Notes: generated by a model from the sequence alone, not told the origin. Positions 22,623 through 35,699 are shown, counted from the first letter of the whole stretch. The stretch is DNA of 63,403 nt, filler included, from Pirum gemmata (GCA_002812295.1; 26 parts of 26 records of this genome joined end to end with filler, not necessarily neighbours in it); one strand, 5' to 3'. Translations and numbers: made by a program.

Positions 22623-24420
22623 CTTTGAAATTGCGCATGATGAGAAGGACAAATGTTTGGCTGTGGGGAACTTTTGGGGTTTTACCAGATAATGTGAAAT
22701 TACCCCAGGATGGATGACGAAAATACCCCATGGTTGAAAAATGACCCCTGATTATTTGTACCAATCAAAAAGGGCTAAGATTAAAAGAGAGAAAATTTGA
22801 ATTATGAAAAAGTATAAAAGGCAGAAATAGAGTGGAACTTTTGAATAAAATTTAGAAGTCCTTCCATGATGCGCAATTTCAAAGAGGTTTTTTTTTTTTT
22901 TTTTTTTAACTTATCATTATTCTATTATATTGCGTGTTTTTGGATATTCTGTCATTCTGTTATTATGTCATCGTTTCATAGTCTATCTATAGTCTATTTC
23001 AACAGTTATTGTTATCGGATAGTTGTGTGTGTTTGGATATTCCGTCATTCTGTAATTATCGTCATTCGTGATGTCATCGTTTCATATTCTATCTATAGAT
23101 ATAGTCCATTTCAACAATAGTCTATCTATAGTCTATCTATAGTCTATTTCAACAGCAAATAATCAGGGTGATTTTTAACCGCGGGGGTATTTTCGTCATC
23201 ATTCCTGGGTAATTTCACATTATCTGGTAAAAACTCCAATAGTTCCCCAAAGCCAAACATTCCAAACATTCTTTTCTTCTTACATAATTTGTCTTGCTCA
23301 TTTATTTAACTTGCACATCATTTGTCCTTCTCATTTATTATTGATTTCAAAGTGGTTTTTTTTTTTTTTTAAACTCTTTTAGCTGGTACCACAACAAAGG
23401 TATCAGTATCAGCAGTAGAAACAGTATCCACAAAAACAACTCATCCGCAAATAGCCATCAACACACATACCAGTGTAATAGAATAGTGATAAATTAAAAA
23501 AAAAAGAAAAAAAACATCTTTGAATTTGCGCATGATGAGAAGGACAAATGATGTAAGTAAAATAAATGAGAAGGACAAATGATGTAAGAATAAAGGAAGT
23601 TTGGAATGTTTGACTGTGGGGATAATAGAATATGCTATAAGAAAACGAGGATACGTGGGAAAATGGATTACCTGATAGCTCAGTGGTCAAGAGCAAACTC
23701 CCGGAGAGAGTTGGTCATGGGTTCGATTCCCGCTCAGTGATCCATTTTCCATTCCAACACACGTAAAAATGAGAAATGAGATAATCTATTACGTTATCAG
23801 CTCTATGACTTCGCCCACCTTGTCCCCGACACTTCCCTGAGCCAGGTAGGCCTAATAGAATATGCTATAAGAAACGAGAATACGTGGGATAGCTCGGTGG
23901 TCAAGAGCAAACTCCCGGAGAGAGTTGGTCGTGGGTTCGATTCCCGCTCAGTCAGTAATCAATCCATTTTCCAACACACGTAAAAATGAGAAATGAGATA
24001 ATCTATTATGTTATCAGCACTATGACTCCGCCCACCTTGTCCCCGACACTTCCCTGAACCAGCTAGGCCTAGCGAAGAGGCCTNGGATATGGTGTTGTAA
24101 TAGAATATGCTATAAGAAAACAAGAATACGTGGGAAAATGGATTACCTGTTATTTTCGAAATTCTAAATTTTCTCTCTTTCCAATCTTCCCTTTTTGATT
24201 GGTACAAATAATCAGTGGTGATTTTCAACCGTGGTGTATTTTTGTCATCAATATGGGGTAAATTCACATTATCTGGTAAACCCCCAAAATTTTGAATAAA
24301 ATTCATAATTCTAAATTTTCTCTATTATTATTATTATTATTATTACTATTTCAGTACTCGGATATTCCGTCATTATGATAATTACGTCATTCGTGATGCC
24401 ATTGTTTCATAGTCTATCTC
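22623..24420. repeat. Cluster of direct and inverted copies of a ~230-bp element
   Basis: 22623-22800 recurs inverted at ~23156-23350 and ~24150-24325, and directly at ~23517-23622. Confidence 0.8.
23658..23750 (+). ncRNA. tRNA-like Pol III unit (pseudo-tRNA or SINE head) in a ~235-bp tandem repeat (23623-23852, 23853-24097, partial 24098-24149)
   Basis: D-arm GCTC/GAGC; anticodon arm AACTC-CCGGAGA-GAGTT; short variable loop; T-arm with GGTTCGATTCCC; A-box TAGCTCAGTGG. C rather than U at position 33. Second copy at ~23889-23951. Confidence 0.7.
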
Positions 24421-25058
24421 TATAATCTATTTTCAACAATAAAGATCAAGCGTGACAAAACACGTCTAAATCCCCCACGTTTAAAGGCCATCATATCTGG
24501 TATGTATTTCCCAGGACTTACTCAAAACAACATATACTCCGCCAAAGCTCAACCACAATACGGCATTATGACATATCCAATGTATTTCCACATACGGAAG
24601 CTGCTATGCCAACATGCATCGAAATTCCGTAAGGTATGCTTGCATTACAGTCAAATCACAATATGACATCATAATGACGCAATAATCAGGATGACTCTTA
24701 TCAAATATTTGTAAATAATAATAAAAATAATAATAATGGTGCTCATATAATTGATAACGTTGATATCGATATTGTTTGAGTGTATTTGAAATAACTAATA
24801 AACAGTTACGGATATTTTATTATGAAAAAAACAACGAGTAATGATATTTTTCATCATTGTTATCATATACATATTAATAATAATAATAANNNNNNNNNNN
24901 NNNNNNNNNNNNNNNNNNNNNNNNNNNNNNNNNTTAATTAATTAANNNNNNNNNNNNNNNNNNNNNNNNNNNNNNNNNNNNNNNNNNNNATTGTTATTGT
25001 TATTATTATTGTTGTTGTTGTTGTTGTTGTTACTGTTATTGTTATTGTTACATATTAG

Positions 25059-25345
25059 TGTTCTTTACCGGTTTTATCATTCAAATAGCTGGAAGTAGTC
25101 CTAATTCCGACGAAGATCTCAAAACAATGGCAAAAGATCAGCATTTTCCTTCCAATGTTTATTTCAACATTGGCCAGGCCTTATTAAGAACCCTTCACAC
25201 CAGACTCGAGGAAGTGTTTGATGAAGAAAACAAAGGGATATGGATCGAAGGGTATTGTGGGGTGGCAGAATCTATACAAAAACTGCGCGGAATGAAAGTG
25301 AAAAAGGGTTTATTATGCACTGCATTACGGCTCTCTGATTATTGA
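25059..25345 (+). CDS. Globin-like domain, terminal exon (F-G-H helices), possibly degenerate
   Basis: AG acceptor at 25057-25058. YFNIGQALLRTLHTRLEEVFDEENKGIWIEGYCGVAESI resembles the globin G/H pattern Y..VG.ALL..L...L...F.....AW...Y..VA..M. Confidence 0.6.
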
Positions 25346-25555
25346 TAGTTTTAAGTTAAATATTTTAAAAGCATAATTTTTAAACGAGGGTGGGGATGCC
25401 GTCATCATTATGAACGGAGGTATTTGATGAAGAAAACAAAGAGATATGGATCGAAGGGTATTGTGAGGTGGCAGAATCCATACATACGCGGAATGAAAGT
25501 GAAAAAAGGGCTTACTACTACTACTATTACTACTACTACTACTACTACTACTACT

Positions 25556-25630
<75 letters not shown>

Positions 25631-25660
25631 TAGCTATAGCTACTAGTCTACTACTACTAC

Positions 25661-25729
<69 letters not shown>

Positions 25730-26772
25730 TAGCTATAGTCTACTACTACGTACTACTAGTAATACTATTATTACTACTACTACTACTACTACTACTATAG
25801 CTACTGCATTATCACTCTCTGGTTAGTTGTAAGTTAAATATTAAAAACATGATTATTAAGCGAGGGGAGGGATGATGTCATCATAAAGGCGGATGACGCC
25901 ATAGTGAAAGAGCGGATTATGTTCTGCATTGCAACTCTCTGATTAGATAATGTAAATATTGAAAGCATGATTTTTAAACGAGGGAGGGAATGATGACGTT
26001 GGAGCTGCATTACGGCTCTGGTTAGGCATGGTTTTTAACATTGACCTAAAAGAGGGATGACGCCATCATTAAAAGGCTTATTTTGTACTGTATCCGACTG
26101 ATTTTAAACGAGGATTGATGACGTCATCATGAAAAAGGACGGATTGTGTTCTGCATTACAACTCTCTGATTAGATAGGGTAAATATATTAAAAGCATGAT
26201 TTTTTAACATTGACCCAGTAGGTTGGGGCTGTATTACAGCTCTAGTTAGGCATGGTTTTTATCATTGGCCTAGGAGAGGGATGACGCCATCATTAAAAGG
26301 CTTATTGTGATGTACTATATTCGATTGATTTTAAACGAGCAGTGATGACGACATTATGAATACAGTACATCATAATAAGCCTTTTAATGATGGCGTCATA
26401 GCCGTAATGCAGTCCCAACCTACTGGGTCAATGTTAAAAAATCATGCTTTTAATATTTACCCTAGATATTTACCCTATCTAATCAGAGAGTTGTAATGCA
26501 GAACATAATCCGTCCTTTTCTACCCTGTCAAATATGGAAAATATTCCAGATCGGAAATCGAGCTAGCTGTTGTAGGGTTAGGGTTGGGAGAGGGGTGAAC
26601 CGATACAAAAACCGAATTTTGGTTAAAAATTAGGTACGACAATACGACTCTTGGCCACAACTATCATCAACCCTACCAAACTTACGCATGGGTTTTGCTG
26701 AAAAAATAAAGGCTTGCTTACAGATTGAAGGTTACTGTGGGGTGGCAGAATCAATACAAAAACTACGCGAAT
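25320..26772. repeat. Local cluster of direct and inverted partial copies of the globin 3' end and flank, with a (CTA)n insert at 25513-25803
   Basis: CTGCATT...AAAGCATGATTTTTAAACGAGG...GATGACGTCATCAT recurs 4-5 times. 26362-26520 is inverted relative to ~26130-26320. Confidence 0.85.
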
Positions 26773-26902
26773 TGCGACCCTTTGTTTAGTTGGGGGCGGG
26801 GGGTAGTAAATAATAATAATTGACCCAATAAATATGCTAAATAATGAATATATGGATAATAAAGTGATGAAATGAAACCACGATTATATCAGTAAGAACA
26901 AA

Positions 26903-27125
26903 GGTTAGGATTAGGGTTAGAGTTTGGGTGTGGGTAAGGGTTAGGGTTGTAGGGTTAGGGTTAGGGTTGTAGGGTTAGGGTTGTAGGGTTGTAGGATTAG
27001 GGTTGTAGGGTTGAGGGTTGTAGGGTTGTAGGGTTGTAGGGTTGTAGGGTTGTAGGGTTGTAGGGTAAGGGTTAGGATTGTAGGGTAAGGGTTAGGGTTG
27101 AAGGGTTAGGGCTAGGATTAGGGTT
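26903..27125 (+). repeat. Interstitial telomere-like tract mixing TTAGGG and TTGTAGGG units
   Basis: Read directly. Confidence 0.9.
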
Positions 27126-27450
27126 CGATGTTATATATTAACATAACGCTTGTTATGGATTTCTAAGTAATAAATAAGAAAAAGTAAACAAAAACATAGG
27201 CAATAAATAAATAAACTTTATTATGCATTTTTTTTTTACTGAATGTACAAAAAGANNNNNNNNNNNNNNNNNNNNNNNNNNNNNNNNNNNNNNNNNNNNT
27301 TAATTAATTAANNNNNNNNNNNNNNNNNNNNNNNNNNNNNNNNNNNNNNNNNNNNTAACATTTTTGATTGGCCACTAAAAAAAATATACTAAAAATTTCT
27401 AAAAATATAATACTGAGTAATAGTGAGTATTGAATACGATTGAATACTGT

Positions 27451-27628
27451 ATGGTGCAAGTTATGTAAAAACGCCCGACTTTTGGGTTTCACTCGAATTT
27501 TTTAGTTTTCAAACTTAAAATATAATACTTACTTTTAATAGATTTGAAAATTTCAAACATAAACAAAAAAAAAAAGTGGCGCTTTTGATTAGTAAAAAAG
27601 TCGGGCGTTTTTAGAATCTCTGCACCAT
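27451..27628. mobile_element. MITE-like element with bipartite TIRs
   Basis: ATGGTGCA...TAAAAACGCCCGACTTTT / AAAAGTCGGGCGTTTTTA...TGCACCAT. A homologous end lies at ~61222-61266 in another scaffold. Confidence 0.7.
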
Positions 27629-28511
27629 TTGAGTTTTTGTATTTTTTTTTATTTTTTTTTCATCTTCGCCTTTTTCTCAATAATGGTATCTGAAACTGAT
27701 ATCATTTATTTGGTAACTTTAAAATACATATTTGACCTTTTTTAGATAAGAATAACAAGTATAAAATATGACAATTAAACCAAATATATTAAATGGGTAC
27801 AAATAAATACTAATTGGTACGTTTCAATTTCATTTTTTAGTAAAATAGTATCAAAAAATAGTTCAAAAAATACATGATAAAAAAATACCAATAATTTTCA
27901 CAGAATAATTTCACTATAATTTCTTCTCCTATTTAAAAATTTTTAGAATTTTGTAAACCTATTTACATTTTTAGACATTTTTAGAGAATGAAAAAAATAA
28001 ATAAAGGGATATAATTTATTATAATAATATAAAAAGGAATAAAAACGAAAAATAATTTTTGAAAAATGTAAATTTTTTTCTTATTAATAAAAAAAATTGA
28101 AATAAAAATAATAATAATAATAATAATAACATTTAATTAAAAAAATAATTAACAAAAAAAAATAATAACAATAACATTTATAATATGTTGCCAATCCTTT
28201 TTTGTGTAATTAATATTGATAAATAAGTAAATTATGATAAATTTAAATTAATTTAACGGAATCTTTAATTTTAAAAGTTAACTTTTAACAGAACCACCAG
28301 CAATAATCAAAAACAGACAACTAAACAATAAACAATAAACAATATTAATAAACAATAAACAATAAACAATAAACAAACAATAAACAATAAACAATAAACA
28401 ATAAACAATAAACAATGAACAATGAACAATGAACAATGAACAATAAACAAGCTTAATTAAGTAACCAGCAACAACCAACAGTTAAGTAAACAAAAAAAGC
28501 TAGCTAGCTAT

Positions 28512-28622
<111 letters not shown>

Positions 28623-28672
28623 NNNNNNNNNNNNNNNNNNNNNNNNNNNNNNNNNNNNNNNNNNNNNNNNNN

Positions 28673-28781
<109 letters not shown>

Positions 28782-28810
28782 TAAAAGCAAATCGAGTACC
28801 ATTAATAATC

Positions 28811-28950
28811 ATGACAAAAATAACAAATCAATTACACGTGGCCAAACAGTTAAAAAAAGAAATTGTTTTGAATCGTTTGCTTTCATTTCTCAAAACGAAC
28901 AATATTGCCACTGATCCTGCGATAAAACAAAACAGTAAAGGACCAATAGT

Positions 28951-29012
<62 letters not shown>

Positions 29013-29188
29013 CACGACCACAACAACAACAACAACCACAGCAACAACAATCACAGCAACAACCTCCACAACAACAACAACAGCAACAACCACAACCACA
29101 ACCACAACAAATACCACTTAATAATAATATACCGGGTACCACATCTCCAATTAGTGTGAACTGCACAATGTCATCTCACGTGTACTAA
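28811..29188 (+). CDS. Poly-Q/P-rich protein C-terminal region, unknown function
   Basis: Open frame with mixed CAA/CAG/CCA codons. The upstream (AAC)n tract is open in frame up to a gap, so the true start is unresolved. Confidence 0.45.
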
Positions 29189-30202
29189 TTCTTAATTATA
29201 ACAACAGTTACTCCAATTGGAGTAACAATCTAATTTTTTAGTTAATTTTTAAAAGTAAAAATTTTATATAAAAAATACAAGGAATATAATATAATAACTA
29301 GATATTTTAAAAGTTGAAATTTATATTCAATTAATTATTAAAATTCTAGCTATATTATAATTATAGGATTTTTTAATTAAAATTAATTATTATTATTATA
29401 TTATTATTATTATGATTAGCATAATTGATTATTATTATTAGTAAAAATTTGTTATATACAACAATTATAACTTTAAATTTTTTTGAAAAAAGTTTTTATT
29501 TATTAATTAAAGTAGTTATTAAATTTAACGATTAAAAGCTAATGAAAGTAATAACAACTATCTACAACATGAAAATTAACAATGATAATTTAAAAACAAT
29601 AACTGTTGATAACAATAATTATTAATAATAACAATATAATTATATTAATANNNNNNNNNNNNNNNNNNNNNNNNNNNNNNNNNNNNNNNNNNNNTTAATT
29701 AATTAANNNNNNNNNNNNNNNNNNNNNNNNNNNNNNNNNNNNNNNNNNNNATTATTATTATTATTATTATTATTCGTAATAATAATCATAATGATTTTTT
29801 TAAAAAAACTAGTAAAAAAACATATGATGATAATGACAATTATGATATTTATATTAATTATTAATTTTATTAATTTTATTAGTTAAAAGCTAGTAAAAAA
29901 ACATGATATTTGTATTATTATTTTAATTAATTTTATTAGTTAAATTCAAGTTATATTTAACATAAATAATATTTCTATCAAATTATATTTTTTTCATTAA
30001 TTTTATTGGTTGATTTCAAGTTATATTCAATCAGACTCGTTTGTCTTGTTTCTAAACATTCAAGTTATATTCAACATAACTGATATTTCTATTAATTGTT
30101 GAATTTTATTGGTTGAATTCAATTTATATAATCAACCTCAATTTTATTGGTTGAATTTTATTGGTTGAATTTTATTGGTTGAATTCAATTTATATAATCA
30201 AC

Positions 30203-30448
30203 TTAAATTTGATCAGTCTCATTTGTCTTTGTTTTAAAAAACACATTTGTATTGTTTCTAAACAACTTCATTGTTTTTTTCACTATATATTTCCCACAAA
30301 CAGTTAAACAGCGAACAGCTATTATTCCAGCACCAATAAGAATTATACTTTTCACAGAAGTTGCGACAGGGTTTCTATATTATATGATAAGTATTAATTA
30401 TTATTATTATTATTATTATTATTGGTGGTGGTGGTGGTGGTTGTGTTC

Positions 30449-30500
<52 letters not shown>

Positions 30501-31315
30501 GTTGTTGCTGTTGTTGTTGTTGGTGGTGGTGGTGTTTGTTTGTTGTTCGTTTGCTGTTCGTTTGTTATTTGTTGTTTATTGTTTATTGTTTGTTATGACC
30601 ATTGTATTATTATTGTATTGTTATTTTATTATTATATTGTCCTCGTATTATTATAGTATTATTGTATTATTGTTAGCATTGTATTATTATCGTATTAGTA
30701 TTGTATTGTATATTGTTCTCGTATTATTATTGTATTATTATTATCATTGTATTATTATTGTATTATTATTGTATTGTTAATTTTATTGTTATTTTACTGT
30801 TATCATTATATTATCATTGTATTATTATTGTATTGTTAATTTTTTTGTTATTGTATTGTTATCGTATTATTGTATTATAATTATTATTATCATTGTATTA
30901 TTTGTATTATTATTGTATTATTATTGTATCATTATTGTATTATTGTATTATTATTGTATTACTATATTATTATTGTATTATTATTGTATTACTATTGTAT
31001 TATTGTATTATTGTATTGTTATTTATACATGATGTTTGGGTTTTTACCTATCGAATTCATTTTTTACAACCTGCCCTTTGCCTTTTACATAAACTTTAAC
31101 AGCCTTCCACTCTCTCTTTTTTGTATTAATACTAAAAACCATATTGTTATATACATACATTAGCTTTTCTCCAATTTTTGGAATATAACTAACAGCTCCT
31201 TCATTATGTTCTAAAGGCATAAAGTACGCACCCATAACTAACAGTCCACCCAATATTTCAATGATATTATTCCCCTTCACGTTTTTTTTATTTATTAACC
31301 ATGGTACTTTTTTAT
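30203..31315 (-). CDS. Unknown protein with a C-terminal hydrophobic anchor; last two exons 31315-31048 and 30374-30203
   Basis: A GT-AG phase-2 junction gives ...VVKNEFDR-NPVATSVKSIILIGAGIIAVRCLTVCGKYIVKKTMKLFR...TDQI*. The intron is a TAT/TGT microsatellite. Confidence 0.65.
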
Positions 31316-31329
31316 CTATAATATGTAAA

Positions 31330-31363
<34 letters not shown>

Positions 31364-32647
31364 TATTATTATTTATTATATCTGATAGTAGCTATCGATA
31401 GCAATAGTAGACCCCCGCCTTAGTATCAGTCTATGGTGGTGTGTGTGGGTTTTGTGCGTGGGTTTGGTTTCTAGCTTTCTAGCTAGTAGTAGACCTAGAG
31501 GGTTTGGTTTGTGTGTGGGTGGGTGCTACTACTAGCTAGCTAGCTACCTAGCTAGTAGTAGTAGCTAGACTATAATAGTCTATGTATCATAATAAGTCGA
31601 ACTGACCCCACCCACTTTGTCATATCAAGGCTATAAAAAAAGGAGTGCACTTATGCAGACAGTGCAGTAAGACCACACTATCTGGCAGTCTCTGGCAGTA
31701 GCACTCTGGGCTCTAGCTAGCACAATCTGGATTATTAACTAGCTAGCTAGAGCTACCGGGCTAGCTAGTCTAGCTAGCTAGCTACCGGTATCTGGTACTA
31801 CTAGCTAGACTAAGCTAGATCGATTATCATAATAATATATATCGTAGAGGAAGGAGTAAATTCGATTATTTCTGTTACGTCAGCAAATATAATAATATGT
31901 TACATAACACAATATTGATACAGCAGCAACGACAACAAGAACAAGAACAACAACAACAACAGCATTAAGAACAAGAACAAGAACAACAACAACAACAACA
32001 ACNNNNNNNNNNNNNNNNNNNNNNNNNNNNNNNNNNNNNNNNNNNNTTAATTAATTAANNNNNNNNNNNNNNNNNNNNNNNNNNNNNNNNNNNNNNNNNN
32101 NNTAAATATTCAGAGTGACAAAATAAATGAAAAGCACGATAGTCTAGTTATTAAAAATTTAATATTAATAATAGACTAGATCTAGACTATTATTAATATT
32201 TTAAAATAATTGTCGATTGTGCCTTTCATTTATTTGGCAGGTTATAATCTTTAAATTGATATTTTTAAATGAATAAATAGATAATAAAATATACCAAATT
32301 AAATTAAATGGATTTATATTGTATTAATTTGGTACCCTTTATTGCATATTTTATGATGACAAAAACAACAAGAAAACTATTAGCAAAAACTAGTAGTCTA
32401 GTAGTCTATGGCTTCTACTAACTATCATTAAACCCTAACCCTAACCTTAACCCTACACCCTACTGGTAGGCTAGACCCTAACCCTAACCCTACACCCTAC
32501 TAGTAGGCTAGTCTAGACCNTTAAAAGTATCAATTTAAATATTAAAAACAACCAAATAAATATTCGGAGTGACAAAATAAATGAATACGTTTACAAAAAC
32601 CCGAATGTAAAAAAAAAAAAATTTAACAGCATTACACGTGTACAACA

Positions 32648-33535
32648 CCAATTTCCGGTCCAATACAGCTTCAAATATCCCTACCTACCTACCCCTTGAC
32701 GTTAATTTCCAGTCAAATACCGCCTACCTACCTACCCCTTGACGTGACGTATTATTTGAAACTAAGTCTATTCAAAAAACTCAAAAAAAAAAAAATCATA
32801 ATTTTTCAGCAATTTTTTTAGATCTGGAAATTTATGTTGACTTTTTGTGACGTAATATTTCTTTTTTTTTTTAAACTACCAAACTGAATAAAAGGGGCGG
32901 CACCGCCATATGAGTTCAAAATCCAAAAAAATCTCAAAATAATCCAATTTTTAATAAAGTACTACCAAATATTGAGAAATAAATTGACCTAGAAAACTCT
33001 ATTATGAACCAATGGCTAGTTTTTAAAAATAATTTGGTAGGTTTAAGTTAAAGGTTTTTAGAAAAGAAGCCCATAGTTTGGCTTGGCTGTTAAAAAAAAA
33101 AGCAATATTACAAAATGACGTATTCAAAAGATGACGTTGTTGAAAGTGAAGCACCCAATTGGCTATTTAAAAAAAAAACCAATCTGCGGGAAAACATAAT
33201 CAAATCAAGCAGCTCGATCCTTTTTTTTTTCGAGTTACAAGAAATAAAAAGTGAGCCAATAATTAAAAATTAAATCGAAAATTTCGAATTTTTCAAACTA
33301 GACTCGACTCGATGGTTTTTCCCACATCTCCCAGCATACTTTTACGTCATTATTAAAAAAATCCTACAGATTTTTTTTGGAAGATTACAATAGATTTGGT
33401 TCCTGTGAATCTGTGATCACCTATTTATTATATTCAAATAATACGTCACGTCAAGGGGTAGGTAAGTAGGTGGCATTTGACTGTATATTAACGTCGAGGG
33501 GTAGGTAGGTAGGGGTATTTGAAGCTTTATTTGAC
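32648..33535. mobile_element. ~890-bp non-autonomous element with ~105-bp internally repetitive TIRs (family B), containing a nested family A MITE
   Basis: 32648-32760 (two CAAATA...CCTACCTACCTACCCCTTGACG units) is the reverse complement of 33433-33535. Solo TIRs at 36158-36269 (-) and 62283-62378 (+). Confidence 0.8.
33185..33332 (-). mobile_element. MITE family A, internally deleted copy
   Basis: TGCGGGAAAACATAATC...GATGGTTTTTCCCACATCTCCC. Confidence 0.8.
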
Positions 33536-34422
33536 TTAACAAGCTATCTGATAGTACCGATAGTATCGATATCAATGATATAGACCCCATATCGATTATT
33601 AGTACTTAGGAATCATCCATAAAGGACATCACCTAATCTTACCTATGCCTCTTTGCCCAAAACAGTTTTGGTCATAATTTTAAAGTTCATTTTAATAATT
33701 AATTACTGCCTAAAACAGTTTAAAAGTCACACTTTCGAGCAATGACTTTTATCAAAGAATAAATAAGTGACGTCCTTTATATGAATATTCCCTTAGTCGC
33801 AAAATTAGTGCTAAGTAACTATCAAATAATACTACTATCGTTCTTTTCAATTATTTTTTCACTCTGAATATTTATTTGGAGGGTTATAATATTTAAATGG
33901 ACATTTTTAAATAAATAAATAGATAATAAAACACACCAAATTAAATTAAATGGTTCATAATATATCAATTTGGTACTATTTATTGTATATAATAGAGGTC
34001 TATTTCATTACAGTTGTCCTCTCAATCTTTAATTTGGTACTGTTTAAGTGTATAATTGTGCTTTTTTATAAAATACATTATTAAGTATAAAATACCAAAT
34101 TAATTAAAAATGTCCCGATAGTTTAACCACAATAATAATTTGGTAGGTCTACGGGTTCAGCTTTTGAACTGGACAACACTAGTAGTACTAGTAGACTACC
34201 AATAGACCTAGTCTAGCTAGACCTAGTCTACTACCGGTACTTAGGATTGTGGCTTTTCATTTATTTTGTTACTCCGAATATTTATTTGGTTGTTTATAAT
34301 ATTTAAATTGATACTTTTAAATNNNNNNNNNNNNNNNNNNNNNNNNNNNNNNNNNNNNNNNNNNNNTTAATTAATTAANNNNNNNNNNNNNNNNNNNNNN
34401 NNNNNNNNNNNNNNNNNNNNNN

Positions 34423-34455
<33 letters not shown>

Positions 34456-34519
34456 ACAAAACGTAAAAAAATCCTCGCTCAATGAGTTCAACCAGCGACA
34501 GTAGAGGCTGCTCTATCGA

Positions 34520-34670
34520 TAGGGTTAGGGTTAGGGTTGAAGTTATTATAGGGTTAGGGTTAGGGTTAAGGTTAGGGTTAGGTTAGGGTTAGGGTTGGGG
34601 TTGGGGTTAGGGTTAGGGTTAGGGTTGGGGTTGGGTTAAGCTCAGGGTTAGGGTTGGGGTTAGGGTTAGG
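34520..34670 (+). repeat. Interstitial (TTAGGG)n with TTGGGG variants
   Basis: Read directly. Confidence 0.9.
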
Positions 34671-35363
34671 AGACTAGCTAGAGGGTAGTCTGCAGCGGAA
34701 TATCACTGTCTGCATTGATGCGTCTAGCTAGTACGATAATAGTAGTAGTAGCAGTAATAGTAGTAGGAATATATAGTATTTTAATTAATAGTAGTAGTAC
34801 ATAGTTGTAATAATATTATTAATAGTAGCCATAGTAGTAACAATACTGGCACTGTCTACATTGGCAATATAGTTTATGATGGTAATAGTAGGACGCGTCT
34901 ACCTAGCTAGTAATAGTAGTAGTCTAGTATGCCATACGTAGCAATATTAGTGTATTAGTAGTAGTAAAAGTATTCATAGTAGTATACGTACGCAGTTGTT
35001 GCTGTTGTTATTGTTGTTATTGTTGTTATTGTTACTATTGTTACTGTTACTGCTGTTTAAAATTTTCTTTCTTGTATTATATTAATAATTATATTTTATG
35101 TTATAATTATATGTTTAAAATTAGAACTAACACTGCATATACGTTTAATGTAACAACAACTACGATATTAAAAACAACAAATTTATATTAAATGATTATT
35201 ACGTATTTGTGATACTTATGATCCCTTGCAATAAAATTCCTAACCTAGCAAACACCATCCCTTCCTGTCATCCCTTGCTGACCTCCTTCACTGATCTAAC
35301 CCTAACTCCTACCGCCAGGTCCTTTTAATTAACTACCCCATGATAGTTTACCCTAGTTAAACC

Positions 35364-35470
35364 TAGGGTTAGGGTTAGGGTTAGGGTTAGGGTTAGGGTT
35401 AGGGTTAGGGTTAGGGTTAGGGTTAGGGTTAGTAGGGTCTAATAGGGTTAAGATTCGGGTTAGGGTTGGG
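35364..35470 (+). repeat. Interstitial (TTAGGG)n
   Basis: About 11 perfect units followed by variants. Confidence 0.92.
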
Positions 35471-35699
35471 CTGGTCACTAACCCTAAAAAAAAAAAAAAG
35501 AAAAAAAAAATGAACTAATCATATTCAACACGCCACTTTTGTTTGCAAATGAAAGGATAGAAAAAGCATCATTTTTTTTATCATTTTCATCACTGATCGT
35601 TTACATTAAACCATTCACAGCTCAAGAAAGCCAGAAGAGAATTTTGTTTGGATGGATAACCTTTGAAGAGATTTTTTATAAAAATTATCAAATTTATCT

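Noticed and set aside
23959..24306. 115-aa minus-strand ORF
   Set aside because: It spans the tRNA-like repeat tail and an inverted repeat copy, and contains an N.
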